Source: Patescibacteria group bacterium (GTDB taxonomy: Bacteria > Patescibacteriota > Patescibacteriia > SG8-24 > DYFX01). From it: a DNA stretch of 64,000 nt. Where the stretch lies: assembly GCA_038062835.1 (NCBI GenBank), contig JBBTWH010000006.1, positions 60-64,059 on the forward strand. The letters are read 5' to 3'. Of the stretch, positions 25,432-35,711 are shown piece after piece. The notes beneath the pieces are model-generated. The model searched no databases and had not been told where the DNA came from. It was given only the letters and a program-made list of their open reading frames with translations. How positions within the stretch are numbered: the first letter of the stretch is position 1; every line of letters starts with the position of its first letter. Both the position numbers and the translations under genes were made by a program.

Positions 25432-28317
25432 TTAGGCTTCCATCGGCGCGCCGCTCAGGCGGGCGAAGCCGACGAAGGCGGCGAGGAAGAGGGCGGTCAT
25501 GACGAACGGCGCGGCCATCGAGACCCAGTTGCGGCGGCCGGGACGGAAGCCGCGCAAGAGCAGGGAGTTGGCGACGACCGAGACCGAACTCAGCGCCATG
25601 GCCAGGCCCGCCAGTTCCGGCTTCAGCACGAGACCGACGCCGGCGAAGACGCGGGCGGCGATGGGGATGCCGGCCACGTTATAGAAGAGGGAGAAGAACA
25701 GGTTCTGACGGACCTTGCCGAGCGTCTCGCGCGAGAGCCGGATGGCGGTCACGACGTCGTTCAGGTCGTTCTTCATCAGCACGATGCCTCCTGTCTCCAT
25801 GGCCACGTCGGTGCCGCTCGACATGGCGATGCCGAGATCGGCCTGTGCCAGCGCCGGCGCGTCGTTGATGCCGTCGCCGACCATGGCGACCTTCACGCCG
25901 GCAGCCTGGAGCTTCTTGACCTCGCCGGCCTTGTCTTCCGGCAGGACTTCGGCAAGCACGTTTTCGATACCCGCCTGTTTGGCGATGGCGCGTGCGGTAC
26001 GTTCATTGTCGCCGGTGATCATGAAGACGTCGAGTCCCATGCGCTTCAGCGCGGCGACCGCGGCGGAGGAGGTGTCCTTGATGGTGTCGGCCACGGCCAG
26101 CACGCCGAGGACGCCCTGGCGCGTGGCTAGGATCATCGCGGTCTTTCCGGCTTCCTCGAGTTTCCGCATCTTGCGGTCGATGCCGGAAGCGTCGAGGCCA
26201 AGGACGTCCGTCACGAGCTTGCGGTTGCCGAAGAAGTGCTCGACGCCCATGATCGCGCCCTGCACGCCGTGCCCCGGAATCGCCTTGAAGTCAGCGACCT
26301 CGACAGGATCGATCCCCTCTTCTTCCGCGTACCGGCAGATCGCCTCGGCTAGCGGATGCTCGGATTTCGCTTCGAGGCCCGCCGCGATCTCCACGATGCG
26401 TTCCTCATCCGTGATCCCGACGCCGACGATGTCGGTCACTTCCGGCGCGCCTTTCGTCAGCGTGCCGGTCTTGTCGAAGACGATCGCGCCGACCTTGCAG
26501 GCCGCCTCGAGCGGTTCGCCGCCCTTGATGAGGATGCCGTGCTCGGCGCCCTTGCCGGTCGCGACCATGATGGCCGTCGGCGTGGCCAGGCCGAGCGCGC
26601 ACGGGCAGGCGATGACGATGACGGCGGTGAAGGCCATGAGCGCGAAGCTGAGCGGCGCGCCGAGCGCCAGGTACCAGACCGCGAACGTCAGGAGCGCCAG
26701 GCCGATCACGGCCGGCACGAACCAGGCGGAGATGCGGTCGGCGAAGCCCTGGATGGGCGCGCGCGAGCCTTGCGCGTCCTCGATCAGCTGGACGATCCGT
26801 GAGAGCGCCGTCTCGGAACCGACCTTGTCGGCCCGGAACTCGAAGCTACCCGTCTTGTTGATGGTGGCGCCGATGACGGCGTCGCCTTCCTTCTTCGCGA
26901 CCGGCAAGCTTTCGCCCGTCAGCATCGATTCATCCACCGCCGACGATCCCTTCAGGACGGTGCCGTCGACGGGAATCTTCTCGCCGGGACGGACCAGGAT
27001 GACGTCGCCCTTCGCGACCTCCTCGATCGGGACGTCGAACGGGCGGCCGTCGCGCATGACGCGCGCGGTCTTGGCCTGGAGGCCCATCAGCTTCTTCACG
27101 GCTTCGGACGTCTCGCCCTTGGCCTTGCTCTCGAGCCACTTGCCCAGCAGGACGAAAGTGATCAGGAAGGCGGACGTCTCGAAGTAGAGCTCGGGGATCT
27201 TCCCGCCGATGCCGATGACCGTGCCTTTCGTGACGGCGTAGATGGCCAGATTGATGGCGCTGTAGGCGAAGGCCGCCGTGGTGCCGATGGCGATCAGCGA
27301 ATCCATGTTGAAGGTCCGCATGCGCAGGCTCGACCACATGCCCTTGTAGAAGCCGGCGCCCAGCGCGATCTGCACCGGCGTCGCCAGCAGGAACGAGACG
27401 ATGCCGACGGACGGAAGGGTCGCCGCGCGGCCCGGCAGGGCGAAGAAGTCGAGCAGCATGAACCAGAGCATCGGCAGGGAGAGCGCCGAGCCGATGAGGA
27501 ACTTGCGCTTGTAGGAACGGACTTCGGCGGCGCGGCGCGCGCGTTCGGCCTCGGGATCGGCCTTGTCGGCGAGTTCGGCGCGGTAACCGGCCTTTCGGAC
27601 CGCTTCGACGAGCGCGGCGACGTCGGTCTGGCGCGGATCGAAGACGACGCGCGCTTTCTCGGCGGCGAAGTTGACGTTCGCTTCCTTGACGCCTTTGACC
27701 TTCTTGAGGCCGCGCGTGATCAGGTTCGCGCACGAGGAACAATGCATGCCGCCCAGCGCGAGCATGGCGCGCGCATCCCCCTGCGCCGAAGCTGCGGGGG
27801 GCGCATCGCCTGCCGGCACGACGGCGGCGGACGGGGCCGCGGCGGCGATGTCGGCGGCCGAATCGACATGAACGGCCTTGCGCATGAATGCCAGGAGCGC
27901 CGCAGGTTCGCTCTCGTCGGCGGGATATTCGATTTCGCCGCGCTTGGTGACGCGGACGGTGCCGGCGAAACGTCGCGCGCCGTCGGCCGACATCGTGACT
28001 TCGCCTTCCGCTTCGACGTCCTGATGGAGCCTGAGCACGTGCGTGGACCTTCCGGCCACCGGCACGGCCTTGATCTCGGGCTCGGGCAGCGGTTCCGGCG
28101 CCGCGGCCACTTCCGCGGCGTAACCGAGTTCGAGGATCTTCTTGAGCACGGCGTCCGCGTCGAGCGGGCCGCCGGGGATGACGACGCACTCGCCGGTCGC
28201 GGCGTCGCTCCGTGACTCCTTGACGCCCGGCATGTCCGCCAAGGCGCCGTCGATGAGCTTCTCGCACGACGAGCAATGCATGCCCGTCACCTTGATCTTG
28301 AGAGGGTTGGAGTTCAT
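25432..28317 (-). CDS. copA: copper-exporting P1B ATPase with two HMA domains
   Basis: GMHCSSC x2, [19 protein letters not shown]. Confidence 0.93.
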   Translation of the reverse strand: MNSNPLKIKVTGMHCSSCEKLIDGALADMPGVKESRSDAATGECVVIPGGPLDADAVLKKILELGYAAEVAAAPEPLPEPEIKAVPVAGRSTHVLRLHQDVEAEGEVTMSADGARRFAGTVRVTKRGEIEYPADESEPAALLAFMRKAVHVDSAADIAAAAPSAAVVPAGDAPPAASAQGDARAMLALGGMHCSSCANLITRGLKKVKGVKEANVNFAAEKARVVFDPRQTDVAALVEAVRKAGYRAELADKADPEAERARRAAEVRSYKRKFLIGSALSLPMLWFMLLDFFALPGRAATLPSVGIVSFLLATPVQIALGAGFYKGMWSSLRMRTFNMDSLIAIGTTAAFAYSAINLAIYAVTKGTVIGIGGKIPELYFETSAFLITFVLLGKWLESKAKGETSEAVKKLMGLQAKTARVMRDGRPFDVPIEEVAKGDVILVRPGEKIPVDGTVLKGSSAVDESMLTGESLPVAKKEGDAVIGATINKTGSFEFRADKVGSETALSRIVQLIEDAQGSRAPIQGFADRISAWFVPAVIGLALLTFAVWYLALGAPLSFALMAFTAVIVIACPCALGLATPTAIMVATGKGAEHGILIKGGEPLEAACKVGAIVFDKTGTLTKGAPEVTDIVGVGITDEERIVEIAAGLEAKSEHPLAEAICRYAEEEGIDPVEVADFKAIPGHGVQGAIMGVEHFFGNRKLVTDVLGLDASGIDRKMRKLEEAGKTAMILATRQGVLGVLAVADTIKDTSSAAVAALKRMGLDVFMITGDNERTARAIAKQAGIENVLAEVLPEDKAGEVKKLQAAGVKVAMVGDGINDAPALAQADLGIAMSSGTDVAMETGGIVLMKNDLNDVVTAIRLSRETLGKVRQNLFFSLFYNVAGIPIAARVFAGVGLVLKPELAGLAMALSSVSVVANSLLLRGFRPGRRNWVSMAAPFVMTALFLAAFVGFARLSGAPMEA

Positions 28318-28523
28318 ACGATTTCCGTCTGATACTCCTCCAGCGCCGCGATCTCGCGGACGAGCGCGTCCAAGGCTTCGGGCGTCTCATGCGACACATC
28401 CGCGCGTCCCGCGTCGAGGTCGACCGAGCAGGAAGAGATTCCCGGCACGTCGGCGGCGACGCTTTCGATGAGCTTCTTGCACGAGGCGCAGTGCAGCCCC
28501 GTGATCTTGAGAGTGGAATTCAT
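28314..28523 (-). CDS. HMA copper chaperone (CopZ-like)
   Basis: GLHCASC; 69 aa. Confidence 0.88.
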   Translation of the reverse strand: MNSTLKITGLHCASCKKLIESVAADVPGISSCSVDLDAGRADVSHETPEALDALVREIAALEEYQTEIV

Positions 28524-28533
28524 AGGATGAACG

Positions 28534-29910
28534 TCAGATGGCCGTGATGAGGCCGGGGAACATGCCCATAGAGCAGCTGAAGACGTAGCCTCCGGCTTTC
28601 TTCGGGGTGAAGACGAGGACGTTCAGACTCTTGTTCAGAGGGACGCTGACGCGGGCTTTCGGGATCGTCAGGACGCCGCGGCAGCCGGTGCCGATGCCTT
28701 CGATCTCCATGCGGACCGGCATGCCGGCCTTCACCGTGTAGGTATCGCTCGGCTTGTAGGCCGGATTGACGCCCAGCCGCATGCGGATGACCTGGACGCC
28801 GTCCACGACGCGGACGTTGGGATCCTCCGCGGCCTGCGCGGCGGCGGGTGGCGGAGCGAACTTCGGCAGGCGGAGCGGATAGCCCATCGAGGTCAGGCCG
28901 TTCTGGAGATTCCAGAGCCCGAGGACGACGACCATGGCGCCGGCGAAGCGGAAGAACTTCTCCCCCGCCTTCCCCTTAAGGGACGTCGAAGCCCATCCGA
29001 GCGCGAGGAGCGACGGCGCGGTGCCGAGCGCGAAGGCAGCCAGGATCAGTCCGCCCTGCGCGAAACTGCCGGCGGTCAGCGCGTAGATCTGGAGCGCCTG
29101 CGTGAAGCCGCACGGGATGAAGAAGGTGAGCGCGCCGAGGGTGAACGGCATGGCCGGATGCTCGCGGCCTTCAGCATCGACGACGCGGCGCGCGAACCAC
29201 TTCGGCATGCGCGGCTGGATGGCCTTGAGCCATGAGGGCGCGAGCTTCAGCATGTCGAGGCCCATGATCAACATGTAGGTGGCGGCCAGCACGATGATGG
29301 CGCCGGTGAAGAAGGGCGACGGCGAGAGGACCTTGCCGAGCGCGGCGATGATCCCGCCGAAGAAGGCGTAGGACAGCACGCGTCCGGCCACGAACATGAA
29401 GACGGGAGTCATGCGGGTCACGCCGTCCATCGAGCCGTAGCGGCGGTTGTAGTTGGCCGCCGAGGAGAGCAGGAGTCCTCCAGAGACGGCGATGCAGGAT
29501 GAGGCAGCGGCCAGAAGGCCGATCACGAAGACGGGCCAGAAGCCGCCGGAACCGCCCGCCCCGAGCGAAGCCGAGGGGTCGACGGCGAAATCCATGTTGA
29601 GAATGCCTATCTTCGCGGCGAGCCAGCCGAACAGGAAGACGGCAGCGAAGGCGCCGACGACCTGTCCGAACTCGGGCTTCTTGGCGTTCGAAGGCGCACC
29701 GCAATGGCGAAGGACGTATTCCTCGCCTTTGAGCGCGGCGTTCAGGACATCGAGCGAGGGAGCGTCGCCTTCGCAATCGATGCAGACTTCGCCCTTCGGC
29801 GAATTCGCGTCGACGGCGCAGACGCCGGGAAGCTTCTTCAACTTGCGTTCTATGGTCAGCTCGCAGCTGCGGCAATGCATGCCGTCGACCGCGTACGTGT
29901 GGGATTTCAT
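28534..29910 (-). CDS. HMA + DsbD_2/TauE-SafE-like membrane domain + cupredoxin protein
   Basis: GMHCRSC, SSCIAVSGG, PCGFTQ, FSCSMGM. Confidence 0.88.
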   Translation of the reverse strand: MKSHTYAVDGMHCRSCELTIERKLKKLPGVCAVDANSPKGEVCIDCEGDAPSLDVLNAALKGEEYVLRHCGAPSNAKKPEFGQVVGAFAAVFLFGWLAAKIGILNMDFAVDPSASLGAGGSGGFWPVFVIGLLAAASSCIAVSGGLLLSSAANYNRRYGSMDGVTRMTPVFMFVAGRVLSYAFFGGIIAALGKVLSPSPFFTGAIIVLAATYMLIMGLDMLKLAPSWLKAIQPRMPKWFARRVVDAEGREHPAMPFTLGALTFFIPCGFTQALQIYALTAGSFAQGGLILAAFALGTAPSLLALGWASTSLKGKAGEKFFRFAGAMVVVLGLWNLQNGLTSMGYPLRLPKFAPPPAAAQAAEDPNVRVVDGVQVIRMRLGVNPAYKPSDTYTVKAGMPVRMEIEGIGTGCRGVLTIPKARVSVPLNKSLNVLVFTPKKAGGYVFSCSMGMFPGLITAI

Positions 29911-29958
29911 GGTAAGCAAAAGGGAATAAGAAGCGTTCGGATCTTGCGATCCGGCGTC

Positions 29959-30297
29959 TTATTCCCTCTTGAACGTGGACCGCAGTCCCGATGGAGAGGT
30001 CGGTGTCGGCACGTAGGCAGGCGGCCGATAGCGCCGGCGCTCGATGGCGTCCGCGCAAACGGCGGTGACGATCGCCAGGAGGAGCAGCGTCAGGTTGACG
30101 ATCGTCTGCGGCGACGACGTGAGCGCCAACTTCAGCACAGCCGGCGAGACCGGGCAGACGTAGCCCATCGGACACGTCAGCATGGCCCCGGAGGAATGGA
30201 ACGGCACCGAATGGTTCCCATGCCAAAGCCCCATCGCGGCCGCATGGAGAGCGACGGCGAGGAGCGCGACGGCGAGAGCGACGGCGATCTTCCGCAT
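29959..30297 (-). CDS. small exported His/Cys-rich protein heading the copper operon
   Basis: Signal/TM, HGNH..H, CPMGYVC, RPP. Confidence 0.6.
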   Translation of the reverse strand: MRKIAVALAVALLAVALHAAAMGLWHGNHSVPFHSSGAMLTCPMGYVCPVSPAVLKLALTSSPQTIVNLTLLLLAIVTAVCADAIERRRYRPPAYVPTPTSPSGLRSTFKRE

Positions 30298-30330
30298 ATG
30301 GCTTCAACCTAGCATGAAACGGCCTGGGAT

Positions 30331-31395
30331 TCAAGGCCCGACCTCAATCAGCCACAGTCCGATCCTGTCCGGTTCTTCCGGAGAAAGCGGCGCGAGGAAG
30401 CTGACCAAGGCGCCGTCCGGCGAGATCGAGGGCGACGTCTCGGGCCCGTGCGCGCCGGAGGTCAGGTACGCGCCCGCTTTGGTGACGGCATCGAGCGCCT
30501 TGATGCGCGTCGTCTCCCCCATCCGCGCCTCGGCGATGATGAACGTGTCGGACGCCCCGCGGCGGACGGGCGAGGTCTCGTCTTCCTCGTGCGTGCGGAG
30601 CAGCGGCGCGGGATTCTTGCCGTCGACGTCCATCACGTAGGCGTCCCAGCTCCCGTTCGGCGAGCGGCGCTGGAAATAGATCTTGCGTCCGTCGTCGGAC
30701 CAGGTCGGCCGGCGGTCGTCGCCGCCGCGCGTGAGCTGCTGGATGCCGGCGCCGTTCAAGCCGATCTTCCAGATCGAGGCTCCCGTCGGCTTCTTCGCAC
30801 GGTCGTCATTGACTTCGAAGGCGGCCCAGACGCCGTCCGGCGAGATCGCGGGGGCGACGAGATCTTCGCGGCCGTCGTGCGTCGTGAGGCGTTTCTCGTT
30901 CTTGCCCTCGAGGCCGGAGCACCAGATTTCGAAGACGCCGCGTTCGTCGGGCGCGGAATAGCAGAGCGTGCCGGCGTTGCGGTGCGCGGCGCGGTGGCTG
31001 GAGGCCAGCCGCGGACGGACGGAATCGAAGATGACGGTCGCGGAGGCGGACGCCACGTCGACGCGCAGGATCTTCCAACGCGCGTCCTTGCCCGTGGCCG
31101 TGGCGCTGACGATGAGCGTGCCGTTGTCGGAGAAGCCGGCGGCGAGCGGACGTTCGCCTTCCGACGGCGCCCAAAGGAGGCGCGCGCCGTCAGGGCGGGC
31201 GCGTAGGCCCTCGAGCCGCGGATCAATCGGCGCGGGCGCTTCTTCGGCCGATGGCTGCGGAGGCGGCGGTTCGACGATGACGTTCTCGAGCGAGCGCGCG
31301 GCGGCCTGGCGATGGACCGTCAGCACGCCGTAACCGACCGCGCCGATGACGACGAGGGCGAAGACGGCGGCGATGAATCCCCTGAACGCGCGCAT
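30331..31395 (-). CDS. TolB-like (PD40) beta-propeller protein
   Basis: PAISPDG, PTWSDDG, PSISPDG repeats; N-terminal TM. Confidence 0.85.
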   Translation of the reverse strand: MRAFRGFIAAVFALVVIGAVGYGVLTVHRQAAARSLENVIVEPPPPQPSAEEAPAPIDPRLEGLRARPDGARLLWAPSEGERPLAAGFSDNGTLIVSATATGKDARWKILRVDVASASATVIFDSVRPRLASSHRAAHRNAGTLCYSAPDERGVFEIWCSGLEGKNEKRLTTHDGREDLVAPAISPDGVWAAFEVNDDRAKKPTGASIWKIGLNGAGIQQLTRGGDDRRPTWSDDGRKIYFQRRSPNGSWDAYVMDVDGKNPAPLLRTHEEDETSPVRRGASDTFIIAEARMGETTRIKALDAVTKAGAYLTSGAHGPETSPSISPDGALVSFLAPLSPEEPDRIGLWLIEVGP

Positions 31396-31501
31396 AACGT
31401 ATTGAAAGTATAGCACTCATCCATGCCTGCGAAGTGGACAAGGACCTGGGGTCTTGCCGATTTCCGGCATTCGATGTAGCCTAGGACGCGTGAGCAAGCT
31501 T

Positions 31502-31578
31502 GGGCGCTTAGCTCAGTTGGCTAGAGCGTCTCGTTGACGTCGAGAAGGTCGAAGGTTCAACTCCTTCAGCGCCCACCA
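31502..31578 (+). tRNA. tRNA-Val(GAC)
   Basis: TCTCG-TTGACGT-CGAGA anticodon arm, encoded CCA. Confidence 0.95.
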
Positions 31579-31738
31579 CGTAAAAACCACAGCTTGCCTG
31601 TGGTTTTTACGTGCCACGTGAGCGATGACGAAGTCAGCGCTTTTACGTGGCTACCTTGAGCATTGACGCTGTTGTTCACGTGGCAGGCCAGCCCGCCATC
31701 ACCGGCGGGTTTTTCCGTACGTGATATCCTTTCGATAT

Positions 31739-32455
31739 ATGGCCGTCCGTCATCCCGCGCCGAGACTAGGAATCCTGCCGACCCTCGCTGCCTACGGAGG
31801 CGGGATGCTGCTGATGTCCGGCGTGACGCGCATCGCCGTCCCGCTCTTCGTCGACATCGGCATGGTCCCGCCGCTCGCCTGGTTCGTCACCGGCGGTCTC
31901 GGCTTCGGCATCCTGCTGCTCACCGCCTTCGCCCTCCTGCGCGCCGAAGGCTGCCGGAGCCATGCCGACTTCGCGCGGCGCGTGCGCTTCCGCCCGATCG
32001 ACCGCATCGACATCGTGCTGATCGGCGCCGTCGGCATCGGCACCGTGGCCATCACCGCCATCTGGGCGGGACTCCTCGGCGCGTTCTGGCCCGGTTTCGA
32101 ACCGCAGCCGTGGTTCATCCGCAGCGGTCCGCTCGCCGACGCGAGTCCCTGGATCCTGCTCGCATGGGCGCCGATGTTCATCCTCAACATCTTCGGAGAA
32201 GAACTCCTGTGGCACGGCTGGCTCCTGCCGGGACAGGAACGCGCCTTCGGCCGCCTCGCCTGGATTCCCGCCAGCCTCGGCTGGATCCTCTTCCACGCCC
32301 CGTTCGGTCTCGGCACGGTCCTGCTCTTCGCGCCCTTCCTGCTGATCGAGACCTACGCCGTCCGCCGCACGCACAACCTCTGGATCGGCGTCTGGCTGCA
32401 CGCCGTCTTCAACGCCTCTGGCATCCTGGCGACGCTCTTCGGGCTGGCGTCCTGA
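31739..32455 (+). CDS. CPBP (Abi/CAAX) intramembrane metalloprotease
   Basis: EELLWHG, FH, HAVFN motifs. Confidence 0.85.
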   Translation: MAVRHPAPRLGILPTLAAYGGGMLLMSGVTRIAVPLFVDIGMVPPLAWFVTGGLGFGILLLTAFALLRAEGCRSHADFARRVRFRPIDRIDIVLIGAVGIGTVAITAIWAGLLGAFWPGFEPQPWFIRSGPLADASPWILLAWAPMFILNIFGEELLWHGWLLPGQERAFGRLAWIPASLGWILFHAPFGLGTVLLFAPFLLIETYAVRRTHNLWIGVWLHAVFNASGILATLFGLAS

Positions 32456-32478
32456 GAAAAAAGAAAAAACGCCTCGTG

Positions 32479-33117
32479 CTAGAGGCGCGTGAGCAGGCTC
32501 TTGAGATCGTCGATGACGACCATCATGGGATTCGACGCGCGGGCGGCATCGATGCGGGCGCGACCGTGGAAGCCGCGGGGGCAGATGTAGGCGCGGACGC
32601 CGGCGGCCTCGAGCATGGCGACGTCCGAGAGCGTGTCGGTCACTCCGATGGCGGCGTCCGGCGGCGTCTGTGTGCGCGCCAGGATCTCGCGGACGATTTC
32701 CGTCTTCTTGCGCGCGCCGGCATGCGTCTCCTCGAAGTAGCTGCGCACGCCGTGGTGCGCGAGGCTGCGCTCGAGCATCGCGCCGTCGAAGCCGGTCACG
32801 AGGACCTGGCGGTGGCCGCGCATGCGACAGACCTCGAGGGTCGTGAGGGCGTCGGGCTGCATCGGCGGCTCGCCGTCCTCGTCGTACCCCTTCTTCATGA
32901 TGCCGTCGAGGTCCTTGGCGGTCACGTCGGCGGGGATGCCGTACTTCCAGTAGAAGGACTTCATGAAGTCCGATTCCACATCGTTGCGGTACGACTCCAG
33001 CGAGGGCACCACGAGTCCGTAATGCGCGAAGATGCGCACCGGGCCCTGGCGATAGACGTACTCGCAGTCATCGAGGATACATCCGTTCCAGTCCCAAATA
33101 ATCAATTTTCTCGACAT
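32479..33117 (-). CDS. HAD family hydrolase
   Basis: IIWDWNG motif I; DTLSD. Confidence 0.85.
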   Translation of the reverse strand: MSRKLIIWDWNGCILDDCEYVYRQGPVRIFAHYGLVVPSLESYRNDVESDFMKSFYWKYGIPADVTAKDLDGIMKKGYDEDGEPPMQPDALTTLEVCRMRGHRQVLVTGFDGAMLERSLAHHGVRSYFEETHAGARKKTEIVREILARTQTPPDAAIGVTDTLSDVAMLEAAGVRAYICPRGFHGRARIDAARASNPMMVVIDDLKSLLTRL

Positions 33118-33294
33118 GACCACTCCTCTCCGCACAGGCGGAATCAAAGAACCGACCGCACCTTAGCAGTCGGTTCTTTCTTTGGATTGTGGATAACTTT
33201 CGCTCGGGTACGGCCCGCTTCTCGCTGCGGAACTCGGCTTCCCCCGTCGCATGACGGGGGAACCGGGTCGCACGTCAGTTCGCGCTCCCCTGCC

Positions 33295-34086
33295 TCAGAC
33301 AGTCCTCGCTTCGGCGCGGGCCGTACCCTCGCTCATGGAATGAAGGAGCGGGGCCAATGACCGATACTTCTCCCGAAGATGCGGGCTGGTCGTTTGAGCG
33401 GCGAAGGATTCGATGGCTTCCGGCGTCGGCGTGAAAGGCGCGAGGAGGTTGGCTTGGCGGTTGTAGGTGAAGATGGGCAGGAGGCCGGCGGATTTGATCC
33501 AGAGCGACGTCGCGTAGAGCTTCGACATCGCGCCGTCGAGGGCGAAGAAGCCGAGGATGGGCGAGGGGCCGTCGAAACTGGCGTTCACTTCGTTCCAGTC
33601 GTCGCCCGCCACGTCGTTCGCGAACGACGTGGCGTGGACGCGTTTCATGAGCGCGGCGTGAAGTTCCGCCAGGTCGGAGACGCGTTCCTCATCCCGCGCT
33701 TCGAGGCGGCCGAGATGATCCGTCTCGCTGTCGCAGTCGTTGACCGAGACGTGTTCGACGCGGACGAGCGACGGGTCGAGAAGGATTCCTGTGCCGCGTC
33801 CGATGGCGTACACCGAATTGCGGATGTCCTTCTGGAGATACGTCGTCGAAAGATAGCGCACGCGCGTCTGCCGAGCGATGTGCGCGAAGAGGTCGTCGAT
33901 CTGTTCGGGGTTCGCCATATGCACGAGCGCCCCGCCTCCGCTCCAACCCTCCGCGATCTTCGCGCTGCGCGCCGCCGCGTCCTCATGCGCGAAAAAACTT
34001 CGCGCGAGCTCGCGAAAGGTCTTCTCGCCGGGAAACGTCTCCCGCGTCGCCAGGAACATCGGATCGAGAAGGTCGTAGGCTTCCAT
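33295..34086 (-). CDS. hypothetical protein
   Basis: Protein-like ORF; start uncertain (34086 or 34104). Confidence 0.7.
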   Translation of the reverse strand: MEAYDLLDPMFLATRETFPGEKTFRELARSFFAHEDAAARSAKIAEGWSGGGALVHMANPEQIDDLFAHIARQTRVRYLSTTYLQKDIRNSVYAIGRGTGILLDPSLVRVEHVSVNDCDSETDHLGRLEARDEERVSDLAELHAALMKRVHATSFANDVAGDDWNEVNASFDGPSPILGFFALDGAMSKLYATSLWIKSAGLLPIFTYNRQANLLAPFTPTPEAIESFAAQTTSPHLREKYRSLAPLLHSMSEGTARAEARTV

Positions 34087-34227
34087 ACCGGCATGATACC
34101 GCAAATCCGCAAATTTTCACGTTCGTGAAGATTTGTAGAAAGTGAAAAACGCGCCGGGGAAGGCGGGTCTTTCGGGCGCGGATCTCGCGGCCCACGTAAA
34201 AATCCCAGACGAGCTGGGATTTTTACG

Positions 34228-34303
34228 TGGTAGGCCCGGATGGATTCGAACCATCAACCGCCGAGATATAAGCTCGGTGCTCTGACCGTTGAGCTACGGG
34301 CCC
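34228..34303 (-). tRNA. tRNA-Ile(UAU)
   Basis: CCGAG-CTTATAT-CTCGG anticodon arm, canonical T-arm, encoded CCA. Confidence 0.93.
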
Positions 34304-34369
34304 ACGCACCGTCATTTAACCCTCTCGGGGTCAAGAACGCAAAACTGCCCTTGCGGGCAGCTTCGATTT

Positions 34370-34942
34370 TTATTCCTTGTCTCCGCCGGGGTCGGACCGT
34401 TCGACCGATTCGAGGAGCTTGTGCAGCTTGGAGATCTCGGAGGGATCCGTCGCGGCCTCGATGCGCTGGTTCAGCGCGGTGACCGTGGCGGAGACCGCCT
34501 CATGGCGGATCTTGTCGGTGAAGACCTTGTAGAGCCGCTGGATCTTGGGGTCCTCGTGCAGCTTGCTGAAGCCGCCGGCGGGGTCGAGCGTCTTCTGCAG
34601 GCGCTCCTGGACCGGCTGGACGAGCAGGGTCGCGGCTTCCGGCGAATCGGCCATCTGCATCGCCATGTTCAGCGTGTCGCCAAGCACGCTCTCGGCGGCG
34701 TTGGCGGCCTCCGTATAGATGATGCCGGTGCGCTCGACGTTCCACTGTTTGTCCTTCGTGTCGAGTTCGGTCAGCGTCTCGGCGATCATGCCTTCGATGG
34801 CCTTGGCGCGCTCCGCCTGTTCCGCGGAAGTGTCGTCGTTTTTCTTGAAGCCCTCCATCAGCTGGTCGATGTCCTCATCCTGAACTTCGAGCTTTTTCGG
34901 CTCTTGTGCAGCGTTCGGCATAGATTCAGCGTTGTTTTTCAT
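34370..34942 (-). CDS. hypothetical acidic helical protein
   Basis: Protein-like composition; upstream TTGACA promoter. Confidence 0.7.
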   Translation of the reverse strand: MKNNAESMPNAAQEPKKLEVQDEDIDQLMEGFKKNDDTSAEQAERAKAIEGMIAETLTELDTKDKQWNVERTGIIYTEAANAAESVLGDTLNMAMQMADSPEAATLLVQPVQERLQKTLDPAGGFSKLHEDPKIQRLYKVFTDKIRHEAVSATVTALNQRIEAATDPSEISKLHKLLESVERSDPGGDKE

Positions 34943-35105
34943 GGGAATTTGGGCCTGAATACCCATATAATTTAGCATATTTCGGCCATTTTGTCAAGTT
35001 TCTTGGGCTTTCCGCGCGACTTGACAAAATACCGATTTTAGGGTACGGTCTCGCGTTCGCCCGTGGCGGGCGGCCCCCCGAAAGGGGTTACGTGAGGAGA
35101 TTGAA

Positions 35106-35594
35106 ATGAGCGAGCTGTACATCGACCCGATCGTGTTCGATGCCGTCGAGGGCAAGCCCCTCCCGAAGGGACATCACGCCAAGATGTTCGCGGCTGGCCT
35201 TCCGGACGCGCACCCGGTCAAGCGGCTCCTCACCGGGGAGGCGCAATGGCTGGGCGACAACAAGAACGTCCTCGGATTCCTCCAGCTGTTCTGCGAGATC
35301 TACGAGGAGCACCTCCGGCGAGCCGACGAGAACGGCATCCTGCGAACGATGGCGCCGCTCGACCAGGCCGCCATGCTCCGCGAGATCGCCGAGTTCGAGC
35401 GCCTCTTCCCTGATGATGTCCTCTTCCGGGGACGCAACAGCCGAGTCCGGCGCTACAGCCTTCGGACGCTCCTCCAGAACGCCCGCGACGGCATCGCGCT
35501 CGTCACCCAGGAGTTCCCTCCCCTTCGCACCGTCGGCCTCGACGCCTTCAACCGTACCCTCGCCAAGCTCGTCCGAGCCATCAGGATGTCCTGA
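35106..35594 (+). CDS. hypothetical protein
   Basis: SD GAGGAG; TTGACA promoter at 35021. Confidence 0.7.
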   Translation: MSELYIDPIVFDAVEGKPLPKGHHAKMFAAGLPDAHPVKRLLTGEAQWLGDNKNVLGFLQLFCEIYEEHLRRADENGILRTMAPLDQAAMLREIAEFERLFPDDVLFRGRNSRVRRYSLRTLLQNARDGIALVTQEFPPLRTVGLDAFNRTLAKLVRAIRMS

Positions 35595-35612
35595 CGCTCG
35601 GATTTTTTATCT

Positions 35613-35661
35613 CTGGGTTCCCGCCGGAGTTTACCCCGGCGAAAGCCGGGGCGGGAATGAC
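35613..35661. repeat. nested dRS3/REP-like palindrome
   Basis: CTGGGTTCCCGC[...CCCCGGCGAAAGCCGGGG]CGGGAATGAC. Confidence 0.7.
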
Positions 35662-35711
35662 GCGAGGGGCGGAAAATGGCTTTTCGAAGCGGTTTCCGGT
35701 ACTCTGCCGAT

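Noticed and set aside
33188-33196. Replication origin at the DnaA box
   Set aside because: Single box; no cluster or AT-rich unwinding region
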